Shown: positions 1 to 12,939, counted from the stretch's first letter. The stretch is 64,000 bases of DNA from Macrostomum lignano (GCA_002269645.1 NIVC01002778.1:1-64000); one strand, 5' to 3'. Made by a program: numbers and translations. Notes: generated by a model not told the origin, from the letters alone.

Positions 1-43
1 AGTTTTTGTACTTTAAAGCAATAGTAGGCTATACTATCTTATA

Positions 44-777
44 CAAGGGTGCTAGCTGGGATAGTGATCATTTGGCATGCTACTTTCTACAATGGCATCT
101 AAATTGCCTAAAGGAGCAGGTAGTTTAAAGAAAAACTATCAATGGTCTAGATGAGTGTTGATTTTTTTCTCTAGCACTTATTAGCTGAGTTATGGCCTAT
201 CACGTGGTGATATCTATGGCCATAAATTGCAATTTCACTAGTTGCGGGTGACATATCACCAGGTATATCACCCTGCAACTACAGAGTATTTGGTGCATTT
301 AAGCAGCTCATGCAGGGTTGAGTGCTTGGCAGCGACCATGTGCAAGTGGAAGCTAAGGTGATGCATCTGATTTGCTCGCAGGAATTCTGCTCCATGTATT
401 GGCAGGCTATCAACAAGCTCTCGAAGAAGTGGCAAAGGTGATCGCTGAGAGGAAGATTGCGATGATTGTGATGACATTTGATTCTTTTGCTTAAGATTTT
501 TTCAAGAACGATTGTGTCCCTGTTTGACCCCTGACCCTCCAATCCTAGTGGCTTTAGACTTTTATCTTTTAGCAGCTGGTGAAAATTGCAATTTATGTCT
601 GTAGATATAACCACGTGATGGGCTATAACTCAGCTAATAAAAGTGCTAGAGAAAAAAAATCAACACTCATCTAGACCATTAATAGTTTTTCTTCAAACTA
701 CCTACTCATTTAGGCAATTTAGATGCTATTGTAGAAAGTAGTGCCCAAATGATCACTATCCCAGCTAGCACCCTTTG
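44..777. mobile_element. Non-autonomous Tc1/mariner-like MITE with ~200-bp terminal inverted repeats
   Basis: 44-245 (CAAGGGTGCTAGCTGGGATAGTGATCATTTGG...) is the reverse complement of ~575-777. TA dinucleotides flank both ends (42-43, 778-779). No transposase in the core. Confidence 0.75.
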
Positions 778-3700
778 TATATAGATTAATATCTTATGCA
801 TATATTGCATGGAATAACAAAGTTATTTTATTCTTCTATTTTAATACTTTGATGATATTATAAGCCTATATATTCTTACATGATCATATATCTATATTTT
901 TATATGTATATATATTATTTTATATGCCAATTTAGAAGAGTAAGCAAAATATACAATATTCAATAATGCCTCTTACTAAGTACATGACAATGTTGCCTAA
1001 AAGTGCACTAAGTCTAAGACCCAATATAGCCATTATAGCTATTATATTAAAATTATAACTGAATAATATTAATACATAATAGTATAATTAATACTAGGCA
1101 TATAAGTATAATAATCTACTAAGGCTAATATATAGGCCTAGTAATAAATAATAATGGCAATCTATTTTTAAAAGCCTAAATTTAATATAATGTTAGTCCT
1201 AATAATAAAAATAAAGAAACAATTTGTTTGTTTTTTTAAACAAAAGTTAAATAATAATAAATAGGCCTAGGGCCTAATGAATTTAAATAAATCAGGTTGG
1301 TTTATACTAGCTTAGGCATTGGCCATACAAGCTTTGCATAGGCCTACATTGGAATTAAGAAGATGGTCCAATTTTTTTCATAATATTTATTCAGCATTAG
1401 GGGCCTATATCAATATTGGGCACTGCATGCATTGCTAGTCCTACTGTGTTACTTAGCAGTTTCTATTATGTTAATATAGGCTATAGCAAACACACTTGTA
1501 AATTATTGCAAAAAAGCAAAGATCTAAATTAAGAATGACTAAAACTATTGTTGATTGCTGCTTTTCTTTTCTTTAGGACTACATCTTGAAAACAAAATAA
1601 ATGTTTCTGACCTTCTGTACTCAACTCAACGGCTATGTTCGTCTAGGCCCATGCATTGCTAGGCCCGGCCCTACCTACTAAATGTATCATCATGCAGTCG
1701 TCAGCAGCATCTATAATAGAACAGAACCACGCATGCACAATTACACAGAGTGTACTTGTACTGATAATGCGACCTAATGTAATGTAATTAAATGTATAGG
1801 TGGAACCTCCACATGTAAAATGTAAGGAATACTTGAGTAGTCCTTGGTAAAATGCTTTATGGTGATGTTATGTAAGGTTGGTTCTTGGAAATTATGCTTC
1901 TTGTGATGCGAAGCCCTAGTTGTTGAGAAATATTTCGAAATTTTAATTTAATCGCTTCAATTTTAATTTCAATCGTGTTGAATTAGCAGCGAAGGTATAA
2001 ATTTCAATTTGTTCAACGCTGAATATTCAGACCAAAAATTTTTATTTTAGTGAAGTGAACACAGCCGATACGCTCGTATTTGCTTATTTGCGAGTTTATC
2101 GATTTTAATTTAAAAAAGATTCCTAGGCAGGGCATTCTCCATCCGTCGCCGTCACTCTTCCTCCGCGTCTCCCTGCAGTCACTTATGTGTCACGTCCGCT
2201 AACCAACCACAGGCGGTTAATTCAGCTTTAACTCAGGCGTCCAAGCCATTTTCAAAAGTCAGGTTGCTAACATGTTGAACGGACCATGGCAACAGGGCGC
2301 GATCAAATAGATGATCGATCACGGGGCAGTTGAGTTGACTACATGTTTAAAAAGAGAGCTGTTTTGGCTTGTTCATAATCTGTTTATAGCTAGAGATGGC
2401 TATTGCAAATCAGATGGTCCATTCGATAATAATTACATGTATATATCTAAGATTCATGCAGACTTATTAAAATTTAAACGAAGTGCATTCTACTTTACTA
2501 TTAGCAAAGACCACGTGACATGACTATTAGTCGATAACAATGCTCAAACAAGCAATTTTCGCTTGTGATCATAAGACACATTGGAGGAAGACATTTGTAA
2601 GAGCTCGGAATTTTGATCAGGAGATGGGGCAGAGTGACAGCGAGACAGGAGAGTGATAATTAGGTGACGAAAGATGATCGACAGAGAGACGTTGTCAGAT
2701 TGACAGGGAGACGGAGGCGAGTGACAGGGAGACAGGTGAAAAGTAACAGGGAGACGGATGAAATTGATGGTTTCGACCTTCGGGCTCCTTGTTAGGGAAG
2801 CCTTCGGGCCTCAGGCTCAGAAATAAATCAATTAGAGACCTGGCCCCCCACTCCTGTCAGATGGTCAGCCCCATGGTAGCTTGATCGTGTGGCGAGCAGT
2901 CTAGGTCCTATAGCTAAGAGAGGGACTAAGCGAGAGACGAGCAGGGAGAATTTCGAAGGTAGAAATTAGCTAATCCGCAGATCAACTAACTTGCTGCCAC
3001 CAGACTGTGCGCCCTGGCTCACCACACCGGGACTCTCGAAATCGGGCTTCCGACTAGAAGGGGCTTTGCACTTACCTGCCAACTAGTGTCTTTTTGCTGT
3101 CAATCTCGAAGTCATAGCCGATGATAAGGGACACTGCTGGGACTAGATCGCATTGGCCATGCAGGTACACAGAGGGGACTTGTGCAGGGGATTCTTGCGG
3201 TGGCGAGTCTATGGGGTAGCTACATGTACTATTACATTGCTAAATACGAAGGTTTGTACTTTTGGCCTTCAACGCGCCAACTAGCCTCTCCTAGCGCTGA
3301 TGATAGACTAACTCGAACTTCAGAGACCGCATGATTCATCACCCGAGCCGCTTGGCGAACCTAGAGTGCACAGAGTACACCTCTGGAGCCGATTCTGCAC
3401 TCCTGGCAGCTTTGCTCACTGATTTGATAGATTGATCGACTGAGAACTGCCTTGCCATTGGTCCACTGTGACCGGCGCCTACTAGCTTAGCTACTCATCT
3501 GAGCCATCGGCGAACAAAGAAATAAAACCGATAAAAATAACTGTTAGATTTAACCTCCTTAGATCACTTCACACTTCAGATTGAATTGGAGTTTTAGACT
3601 ACTAGCAGTATTATTGAATGACTTCTGCCTCGATTACAGCACTACTGAACAAAATGAGCAAAAGTGTGCGCCTAATCCAGCTACTGAAACAGGAGACAGA

Positions 3701-4769
3701 TGAGGGATCACCCAATCAAGCAAGTCTAGGCAGCCTCTCACCCAACCAATCAGAAACTCAACAGCCGGAGACCAGGTAATCCACAGTGACCGAATCGGCT
3801 TGATGCTCTGCAGCTGTAGACTCGGGATGATACTGTCACAATCTTCGCTGTTAGCTAGCAGGTGATGCTCTTCACTTGATGTTCGCTGCTGATGACCGGG
3901 GGACTCGTCCTTGATGATGATGGGGGGGGGGGAAGTCGCAATCCGGGGATCAAGAAACGACGGTCAGGCTCCGGGAGGTCTCAAGCTAGGCCAAGTTCCC
4001 AGGAGGTTCCACGGAGGTTCGAGTCCGAGCGGGCCAAAAACTCCGGTTTAAATAGCCGCCAACTGGACCGCAGTTTGTTATAATGGAACACGTCGATTCT
4101 GATTGGCTGAGCCGTTTTGTTAAAATGAGCGCCGAATTTTCTGATTGGCTAAGCTTGTTGCTACCCAGAATCACGTGACCGGGAGATCCTATCAGTTCCC
4201 ACAGGATCGTAAAAAGATGACAGGTGCGGCCATAAATCAATCAAAATCGCAACAAAATGATTTATGACTTTTCGCGTAGGATTGACAGAAATTAATGAAA
4301 AAATATACATTAGAAAGCTCTTACTAAATAGAAATTGAAGATAATGAAGAGAAATCGCTAATCGCTAATCCCAAAGTACTTTTAGGGGTAAAACGCATAG
4401 CTGTCAAAGCTGTCACACGCTTGAGTGAACACGAACAATAGGCTCTGACCTCATAAATCTTGATGGCCTGTCAAAATGATGAGAAAAAACCTGCTGCCCG
4501 CATCCTCTCAGACCATCTGGCGCCAGCCTCAACACCGAGTGAGGCGCAGGTGGCTGTCAGACCAGCTTCGAAAGCGATGATTTATGACCCAAAAAGCTGC
4601 GCCTATGTTATTATGACTACTAGTATGACCAAACATTATATCTAGTATAGATTCTATGACAATTCGCAGAAAAAGAATAAAAATGCCCTTAGCCTGCTGT
4701 CAGTAGTCTAGTAAGTTTAGAGCCCATGTGCTAGCGCGGGATTTGGGAAAAAGTGCGTCCTCATCAAAA

Positions 4770-4995
4770 TGAAGAGTGACAGGGGAGACAGAGGGAGAGT
4801 GACATGGAGACGGATGAAGAGTGACAGGGAGACGGGTGAAGAGTAACAGGGAGACGGAGGGCGAGTGACAGGGAGACGGGTGAAGAGTAACAGGGAGACG
4901 GAGGGAGAGTGACAAGGAGACGGATGAAGAGTGACAGGGAGACGGAGGGAGAGAGTGACAGGGAGACGGAGGGAGAGAGTGACATGGAGACGGAG
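4770..4995. repeat. Minisatellite, ~21-23-bp unit (GAAGAGTGACAGGGAGACGG...); related units at 2630-2762 and inverted at ~2130-2180
   Basis: Direct reading of tandem units. The ORFs at 4700-5335 are repeat-derived. Confidence 0.85.
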
Positions 4996-5451
4996 TAGCA
5001 TATTTGCATTGGAGATGAAGGCGAATGGGGTGAGAGTAAAACACAAAGGCATCGGAGGCAATAAATAAAGCACGGTCAAACCCTCTGGTTGTTACAACCA
5101 GAAGTTTGATGGAGACGTAATAAGCTGACAGAGCTTGAGCAGATCCGCCCCTCCGTCTCGTCCATGCCATAAAAAACAGCCAGGCAGGTCTCCCATAAAT
5201 GCAGATCGTAAAACTGGGTTGCGCAGTGAAAAAAGCATAAAATACAACAATTGCAAAAATATGCAGGCTGTGAGCCGTGCTCAGCGCGAGCTGTGCCAGG
5301 TCGTTAAAACAACAGACAGGGTATGACCAAGACAATCAAATTAATTGAGCCGTGGGAGGCCTTGTAAAAGACTCGTCGCACAACAAAAGCATAAATTCAG
5401 AGAGCAAAATCTCAAATGCAGTCTGCAGCCTGTGTCGGCAGGAGTTGAAGC

Positions 5452-5772
5452 ATGGAGTCGCAGAGCGGCAGCTACGAGGCTGCAGCTGACGCTGTGGAGA
5501 TGCCAGCAAGCGGGCAGTCAGCCGTGGACCTGAGGGCCCTGCCCGGCTTCTCCTTTGTGCACCGCCAGTCAACCGTCGAGCCGACGCTGCAGGACGGCAG
5601 CGATCAGATCCTCAGCCCGCGGACGGCGGCTAAGAAGCGACCGGTGCCACCTGGATCCCAGGTGTTCCAGGCGTCCATGAGCAAGAGCCGCTGGAGATAT
5701 AACGGCCAGTATTACTCCAGGATTGAGTCAACTTCTGAGCAGTCGGGGTCTCAGGAGGATCCAGCTTCGTGA
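5452..5772 (+). CDS. Putative 106-aa protein of unknown function (possible terminal or single exon)
   Basis: GC-rich ORF from ATG to TGA in AT-rich surroundings, with a CGGCAG acceptor-like site just upstream. No recognisable domain. Confidence 0.35.
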   Translation: MESQSGSYEAAADAVEMPASGQSAVDLRALPGFSFVHRQSTVEPTLQDGSDQILSPRTAAKKRPVPPGSQVFQASMSKSRWRYNGQYYSRIESTSEQSGSQEDPAS

Positions 5773-6634
5773 GGAAGAAGCATGCGAGCTACGGGCGTAT
5801 TGTATCTATATGAGTAACCTTGTGAGGTAATAGAAGGCTTTTTTTCGTCTGCTTGATAAAAATATACCGAAAACCTTCGAAGACAATGCTGATACCCAGT
5901 TTTTATTAAGTTTACCTGTGGCCGGGACAAAAGTTGATAAAATTTGCAACAAATGGGAATTCGTTTCAGTTGATCAGAAGAACCAACGTTATTATGTGCT
6001 CATAAAAAGATACTTTTTAAGGCTACTTATCTTAGTGAAGGCCAATATATTTCGATTTTGCACCGGTAAATGGTTGATAAATACATGTAGGCCAATCAGG
6101 ATCGAGGCTATCTTGTGGTGGAGTCGAAGTAACCCAAGTACAACTTCGATGCGGGTGTGCCTCCGCAAAGTGGTTGCACGAATTTGGAGCTTCCTACTCC
6201 AATGAAGGCCCGCTCATGAGTACAGGAGTTGTGAGCTATACAAAGTGCATTCAGTTATCAGTGCGAATGCATAATAAAGCAAACCTATAAGCGTATGTGA
6301 TAAGTCTAAGGCATTATCGTTTAACTAATTAATAATACAAATTTAATAATGCTACTATTGATCTATTTGTATCCTTATAGTTATATACATAGTTATACAT
6401 ATCTAGCGACGTTAGAGAATGAATTAGAGAAATTAACAAACAAGCAAGTAAATATATTACGTTTTTAAGTTATTTATTACCTTAATCATAACAAAGTATT
6501 AATATCAATAATATAGCTTACAATCACCACTAGCAAGACGGTTTCAACTGAGAGAGAGAAGAGTGAGACAATAAATTTGTTAAAAGTTTTGTATTACAAG
6601 AAATAAAAAAATACTAACAGTAACAAAATATCAG

Positions 6635-9600
6635 TTAGGTAAGAAAGGCCGGGAGAAAGGCCAGCACACTTGCTCCGCACCTCGGGCATTGACTCCGACT
6701 CGTACTGCATCGCGAGCAAATCACCAGGTGTCTGCAAGGCAGGCAGACTCTGTTCACCTGGTTGGACTGACACGCCCTGCATGCGCTTGAGTCTGGCTTG
6801 TCGGTGTCCTGCTCAGAGCGTTGCTCTGGTGAGCATTCTGCTTCTGCCGCTGCTGCCGCTGCTGCCGGTGCAGCGGCTTCGGGTGTCCGCTGTAGGCTAT
6901 AGAGACCCAACGATCTGGGAGAAACAGACATTGGTGGTGGAATCGCATCGTTGGTAATGGAATCGCATCGTTTCATTCGTGGGATGGCGAGTTTGCGCAC
7001 AAGTGCAATACGTATTTGACAGATTTTGACGGATTCATATTGGACTTCATATCACATTTAGATCGGAGAACATTGCAGGTTTAGTTTGGAGAATATAACA
7101 GGTTTAGTTTGGAGAACATGACCGATTTAGTTTGGAGAACATGACAGGTTTCGTTTGGAGAACATGACAGATTTAGTTTGGACAACATGACAGATTTAGT
7201 TTGGAGAACATGACAGATTTAGTTTGGAGAACATGACAGATTTAGTTTGGAGAACATGACAGGTTTCGTTTGGAGAACATGACAGGTTTAGGTTGGAGAA
7301 CACCACAGATTTAGGTTGGACAACATGACAGGCTTAGTTTGGAGAACATCACAGATTTCGGTTGGAGAACATGACAGATTTAGGTGAGCGAGCATGCAAA
7401 TACTTCACTAAAAAGGTGACAGTGGACGTGATAGTGATTTCGAAGATCAATTTATCGAATCTTGCCAGACTTACCTGTCAGCTTTTCCCATGCCGAGCAG
7501 GGCGTCAACAGCGTCAGGCAGGAGCTTCCAACGGAGTGTCGCCCAGACCTCACCGCAGTACCCGCCGTCTGTCAAATACTGATGGACGCTGCTGATCAGG
7601 TCCCCGGCCTGGAGCTGGTCAACCAGCGGACCGATCTGACCAGCTTGCACTGATCCCTCTTTGCCTGGCTTGCTGCAGCACCGAGCCAGAACCGCAAGCA
7701 GGAGGTCAGGCATCTCGAACCCAAAGGTGACAGCTATCCGCGCCGCTATGGAGTCCTGCAGCCGGTGCCAGATGGAAGCCAGCAGCTGGCAGAACTGATC
7801 CACAGCTGCTGCTGTTGTAGCTTCTGGTGATTTTCCTGCAAAGTGTTTGAATTTCATAGTGCAGTGAGCTGTCCTCATCAAAATCGAGGAAATCTTACTA
7901 CGAGCGCGTAGTATCGGAGGCATAGCTTATTAGTAGAAGTCTGGATTTCTTAAGCACAACTAATACGAGTACAATTAAGGGCTGATAGTTGAGATACTTG
8001 ATATACGAGTGGTTTAGGCCCACTACTGGCTACTGCTGCAAAAATGAGCCAAGTAGTCAGTATCACCCAACTAGCAACTCTGGTAAACGCACCTTATTTT
8101 TTATGGTTGCACTTAAGCGAACCTTTCTACATTTCCATCGCATTCTGTGGTTTGTAAACTGCAACTGCTTGCACAATTTTCGCGTCTCTAGGAACATACG
8201 AAAACCTCTAATATTTTATTGTTTCATCCTTAGTTTAAATCAACGTAACGGAACGTTGCAACACAAGCTCCAGTGGACAAAGCATTAGATTGGGAGCTTC
8301 AAATCCTGCAGTTTAAGGAATCAATGCTTATTCTAGGCGCCGCCGTGCCCTTGTACGCCGTGTGTTCCGCCTCAAGCCTTGCAGTGCTGTATGTTATCTA
8401 AACTTTTTTTTAGGACACTTTAGACAGCGTAGACCTCAGCCCCCAGCAAACCTTGATTCTATGGGATCTCCACAAAATTTACAGAAACATAGTAAAACAA
8501 TTTACTATGCAGATGTTCGCCTGACAACGCAGTTGCGGGCAGCAGGCGGAGCAGGCGAGCCACCGGACAGGCGTCCGAGCAACAGGGAGCTCCGCTGCCG
8601 CAGCAGAAGCAGCGCTGCTGCTGCTCTTGCGGTTCGCCCTTCATTGATGAAGCCGCCAGCCCGATGGCACCCGCGACAGCCAGCAGTTCCAAATGCTCTT
8701 TGCTGCTGTCTTTGTTGAAATAATCAGACTGCAACTGCAATGCTCGCAGTCTGTCTTCGTAGACTGCGAATTTGGGAAATTCACAGGAAGCGACAGCCAG
8801 ACAAGCGTTTCCTGAGGGTGTTGTAGTGGATTCTGTACAGGGTTCTGTACGGGGGGTACTGTAGGGATTTCTGTAGGGGTTACTGTAAATGGTTCTGTAG
8901 ATCGTACTGTAAGGTATTGTAGGGTACTGTGGGGATTTTTGTAGATTTTACTGTAAAGGGTTCTGTGGTGGGTTCTGTTGTGTGTAGTGGGGGTACATGT
9001 ACTGTAAATGGTTCTGTAAGGGGTACTGTAAAGGGTTCTGTAAGGGGTACTGTAAAGGGTTCTGTAAGGGGTACTGTAAAGGGTTCTGTAAGGGGTACTG
9101 TAAAGGGTTCTGTAAGGGGTACTGTAAAGGGTTCTGTAAGGGGTACTGTAAAGGGTTCTGTAAGGGGTACTGTAAAGGGTTCTGTAAGGGGTACTGTAAA
9201 GGGTTCTGTAAGGGGTACTGTTGGATCTTTCAAAGTATTGAAATGCTGATTGGACAGATGGGATACTTTAAAGGGATATCTTTTTAGCAAAGAGTTGGTT
9301 AGCTTGGGCTTTAAACGCGGTACTTCTTAAGGCTTATAAAAACACTTATATACGCAGTTGGTGTTTTTTGTTTAAACGTGCTTGAGGTGCCTCATAAAAA
9401 TGGCCATTTGGGGGAGAGTGGGCACTCCAGATACTTGCTTAAAGCTTCCTTAGCTTCCATTGTAGGCGCGTACAGCACTGTTGAATTCAAAAGCAGCAGT
9501 CAGGCAGACTCACAGGGTACTTCAGTATAGCAATTGCACAGTTGACAATAATAGCTCTAAGAGCTCAAAGTGCACACTGAGAGACAGCCTAAATCTGAAC

Positions 9601-9969
9601 ATGGAACCGAAATTTTTTAACATTTGAGTTTTAATAAACATTGATTCATTCTACACTTTTTACGACTTGAAATATTCCAAAAAGATTTGTAGCGTTTTCA
9701 ATATTCTAAGCACTAAATTTTAGATGATTTTTCTCATATATGATTTAGACCAAAATTAGACTAATATTCTCTAATGTTAATCTGAACGCTCCATTTCAGA
9801 ACTAAATCAGAATGGATTTGAGCTTACCAACAATGTAGGCCTGCAGAGACCCAGCATCGACGCCCTTGACGCTCGCCGACTGCAGTTTAGTTGAGGTCTC
9901 GTGGCCAAACAAATTCTGCAGCAATTTGCCTACAAAAGGTTTGATAAACTCAGCATTGGATTGTGCCAT
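6635..9969 (-). CDS. IAP-like protein (degenerate BIR - UBA-like - C-terminal C3HC4 RING); model exons 9969-9828, 8832-8506, 7925-7475, 6914-6635
   Basis: The last exon encodes an IAP-type RING (CRACQSNQVNRVCLPCRHLVICSRCSTSRSQCPRCGASV). Exon 8832-8506 reads PKFAVYEDRLRAL...LLAVAG...RCFCCG...ACPV (BIR-like). Exon 7925-7475 has AVTFGFE (UBA MGF-like). All GT/AG junctions are phase-compatible (1,1,2). The first exon is the least certain. Confidence 0.7.
7078..7385. repeat. 23-bp minisatellite (GGAGAACATGACAGATTTAGTTT) in IAP-like intron
   Basis: About 13 tandem units read directly. Confidence 0.9.
8835..9225. repeat. 24-bp minisatellite (GTACTGTAAAGGGTTCTGTAAGGG), degenerate at its left edge
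   Basis: Tandem units; gives TVPLTEPF-type pseudo-ORFs that are out of frame with the BIR exon. Confidence 0.9.
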
Positions 9970-10214
9970 TTCTACGTATATGTGCAGAGTTTTATGAGAA
10001 CAGCTTTCGGACAATGGAATCGAGAAGGTTAGCTTTGTGGCGCATATGTGTGTATATATACTGTATACAAGCTAGCTGCACTGCAGCTGTACCTGCAGGT
10101 AGCCACCCCACAACAGCAACCCCAGCACCCACCCCTAATTCCTATACCTTTTTTGTATAGCACGGATAGAAAATCATCATACTTAATTAGACCTTTCTTA
10201 AGACATGACGTTCA

Positions 10215-11385
10215 CTGTCGCTAAAAGGGGTCACTGAATCTATGCGACTACTAGGGTCACTGTCCCTAGTGGGGGTCACTGAGCCTACATGTATGCGGTT
10301 GCTAGGGTCACTGTCCCTAGTGGGGGTCACTGAGCCTACATGTATGCGGTTGCTAGGGTCACTGTCCCTAGTGGGGGTCACTGAGCCTACATGTATGCGG
10401 TTGCTAGGTCACTGTCCCTAGTGGGGGTCACTGAGCCTATGCGGTTGCTAGGGTCACTGTCCCTAGTGGGGGTCACTGAGCCTACATGTATGCGGTTGTT
10501 AGGGTCACTGTCCCTAGTGGGGGTCACTGAGCCTACATGTATGCGGTTGTTAGGGTCACTGTCCCTAGTGGGGGTCACTGAGCCTACATGTATGCGGTTG
10601 CTAGGTCACTGTCGCTAGTGGGGGTCACTGAGCCTATGCGGTTGCTAGGGTCACTGTCCCTAGTGGGGGTCACTGAGCCTACATGTATGCGGTTGCTAGG
10701 TCACTGTCGCTAAAAGGGGTCACTGAATCTATGCGACTGCTAGGGTCACTGTCCCTAGTGGGGGTCACTGAGCCTATGCGGTTGCTAGGGTCACTGTCCC
10801 TAGTGGGGGTCACTGAGCCTACATGTATGCGGTTGCTAGGTCACTGTCCCTAGTGGGGGTCACTGAGCCTATGCGGTTGCTAGGGTCACTGTCCCTAGTG
10901 GGGGTCACTGAGCCTACATGTATGCGGTTGCTAGGTCACTGTCCCTAGTGGGGGTCACTGAGCCTATGCGGTTGCTAGGGTCACTGTCCCTAGTGGGGGT
11001 CACTGAGCCTACATGTATGCGGTTGCTAGGGTCACTGTCCCTAGTGGGGGTCACTGAGCCTACATGTATGCGGTTGCTAGGTCACTGTCCCTAGTGGGGG
11101 TCACTGAGCCTATGCGGTTGCTAGGGTCACTGTCCCTAGTGGGGGTCACTGAGCCTATGCGGTTGCTAGGGTCACTGTCCCTAGTGGGGGTCACTGAGCC
11201 TACATGTATGCGGTTGCTAGGTCACTGTCCCTAGTGGGGGTCACTGAGCCTATGCGGTTGCTAGGGTCATTGTCCCTAGTGGGGGTCACTGAGCCTATGC
11301 GGTTGCTAGGGTCACTGTCCCTAGTGGGGGTCACTGAGCCTATGCGGTTGCTAAGGTCACTGTCCCCAGAGAGGGTCACTCAATC
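10215..11385. repeat. Minisatellite with mixed 51-bp and 45-bp units (GGGTCACTGTCCCTAGTGGGGGTCACTGAGCCT[ACATGT]ATGCGGTTGCTA)
   Basis: Tandem units differ by presence or absence of 6 nt. Confidence 0.92.
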
Positions 11386-11779
11386 TGAAGAAGAGCAGTC
11401 GGTAGCACCCAGTCAAAGCCCCTGGACAAACCCGAACGGCACCAGCGAATGGCACCAGCGCATCTCCCTCAAGTACCCCAGAAGATGTTTCAAAGAAGAG
11501 ATCAATAGCTTTTTTCTAGTTGTCCTTGATTAAGGCACCCGGTAGTACCGGTAGTTTCCATGGCTCTATAATATGTGGATAGCCTGTGTGTTTTTACCTC
11601 ACTGTAAATATTAAAAAATTGTTATTGCTACTGCGAGTAGAGCGTGTGAAAATGTAATAATTAAAATGCGTAGGAATAAGCCTTGTATTTTCTTAATGCA
11701 CTTGAAGCAGAAACTAATTCTTTGAAGACGCCTCCACTGACATCTTACTACTCCTGACATCTCACTGGCCTGGCCTAAC

Positions 11780-12186
11780 TGACACCTCACTGTCTCTCCT
11801 GACACCTCACTGTCTCTCCTGACACTTCACTGTCTCTCCTGACACCTCACTGTCTCTCCTGACACCTCACTGTCTCTCCTGACACCTCACTGTCTCTCCT
11901 GACACCTCACTGTCTCTCCTGACACCTCACTGTCTCTCCTGACACCTCACTGTCTCTCCTGACACCTCACTGTCTCTCCTGACACCTCACTGTCTCTCCT
12001 GACACCTCACTGTCTCTCCTGACACCTCACTGTCTCTCCTGACACCTCACTGTCTCTCCTGACACCTCACTGTCTCTCCTGACACCTCACTGTCTCTCCT
12101 GACACCTCACTGTCTCTCCTGACACCTCACTGTCTCTCCTGACACCTCACTGTCTCTCCTGACACCTCACTGTCTCTCCTGACACT
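11780..12186. repeat. Near-perfect 20-bp minisatellite (CCTGACACCTCACTGTCTCT)
   Basis: About 20 almost identical units. Confidence 0.95.
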
Positions 12187-12454
12187 GAAAGAAATATTTT
12201 CAAATGTATTGTAATACCTCACTCGTGGCGCAGATCAAAAGTCTAACGAAAAGTGGTAACACAGTGTAGTTTAACGCGTGAACGAAGTTTTAGCTTGATT
12301 AATTTTCTGCTGTAGAAACTGTCCTGTTACATGTAAAGCTGGAAAATATTCCAGTCTAATTTAAAAAACTTTTCGTCACAAACTGCGTGGATTTCACTTT
12401 CAACGGAGAGGGGTTGCGCCGGAGTGCAAGCCCAATCTATTTTTAGACACACTC

Positions 12455-12591
12455 GGGGCGGGGCTTTCCCAGACCCCAAGCTGGGGGAATCTCCACCGGC
12501 CGGGCCAGCGAAGGCTGCCGCCTTGCGGCAGTTTAACGAGGAAAATTCCATCGCTAAGAATGAGCGATGACGGTCGGAAAGGGGGAATCCT
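12455..12591. promoter_or_regulatory. Cluster of NF-kB-like sites plus GC box; putative promoter of the IAP-like gene
   Basis: GGGGCTTTCC (12460-12469) and GGGAATCTCC (12485-12494) match GGGRNWYYCC exactly. Near-matches are GGAAAATTCC (12540-12549) and GGGGGAATCC (12581-12590). GC box GGGGCGGGG at 12455-12463. Confidence 0.45.
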
Positions 12592-12939
12592 TGAATTCTT
12601 TTTCTTGTTAGAAAAAACTTTGAACTTTTAATCAAAATATGGAAATACTACTGGCAGTCTAGTAATCTGCAATTTTTTAAATAAACGATACATTTAGTTT
12701 CTGACCTTGCATAGTCACCATTGTTGATCTCTAAAGGAAAATGATTTTTACAGCAAAAAAGCATCAGCCCTAAAAGCCAGCTGTTTAGCCTAAAATATCA
12801 GCATCCCCTTGAGAAACAGCATCTCAGCAATTTCCCCATGAGCCATGAAATCACAGCAATTCCACATATGCGCTTTGAAATTTCTGCAATTTCTCATCTC
12901 AGCAAGAGTAGAGGATGACAAAGTATGGAGTGGAGAGTG

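Noticed and set aside
2762-2833. Hammerhead ribozyme (Penelope-type) on the minus strand
   Set aside because: CTAACAA...CCCGAAGGTCGAAAC resembles a core, but CUGANGA is doubly mutated and stems I and III cannot be formed.
8880-9290. Mucin-like TVPLTEPF or CKG-repeat ORFs as part of the IAP gene
   Set aside because: 24-bp repeat, out of frame with the BIR exon; a phase-compatible acceptor exists at 8833-8834. Coding use is not fully excluded.
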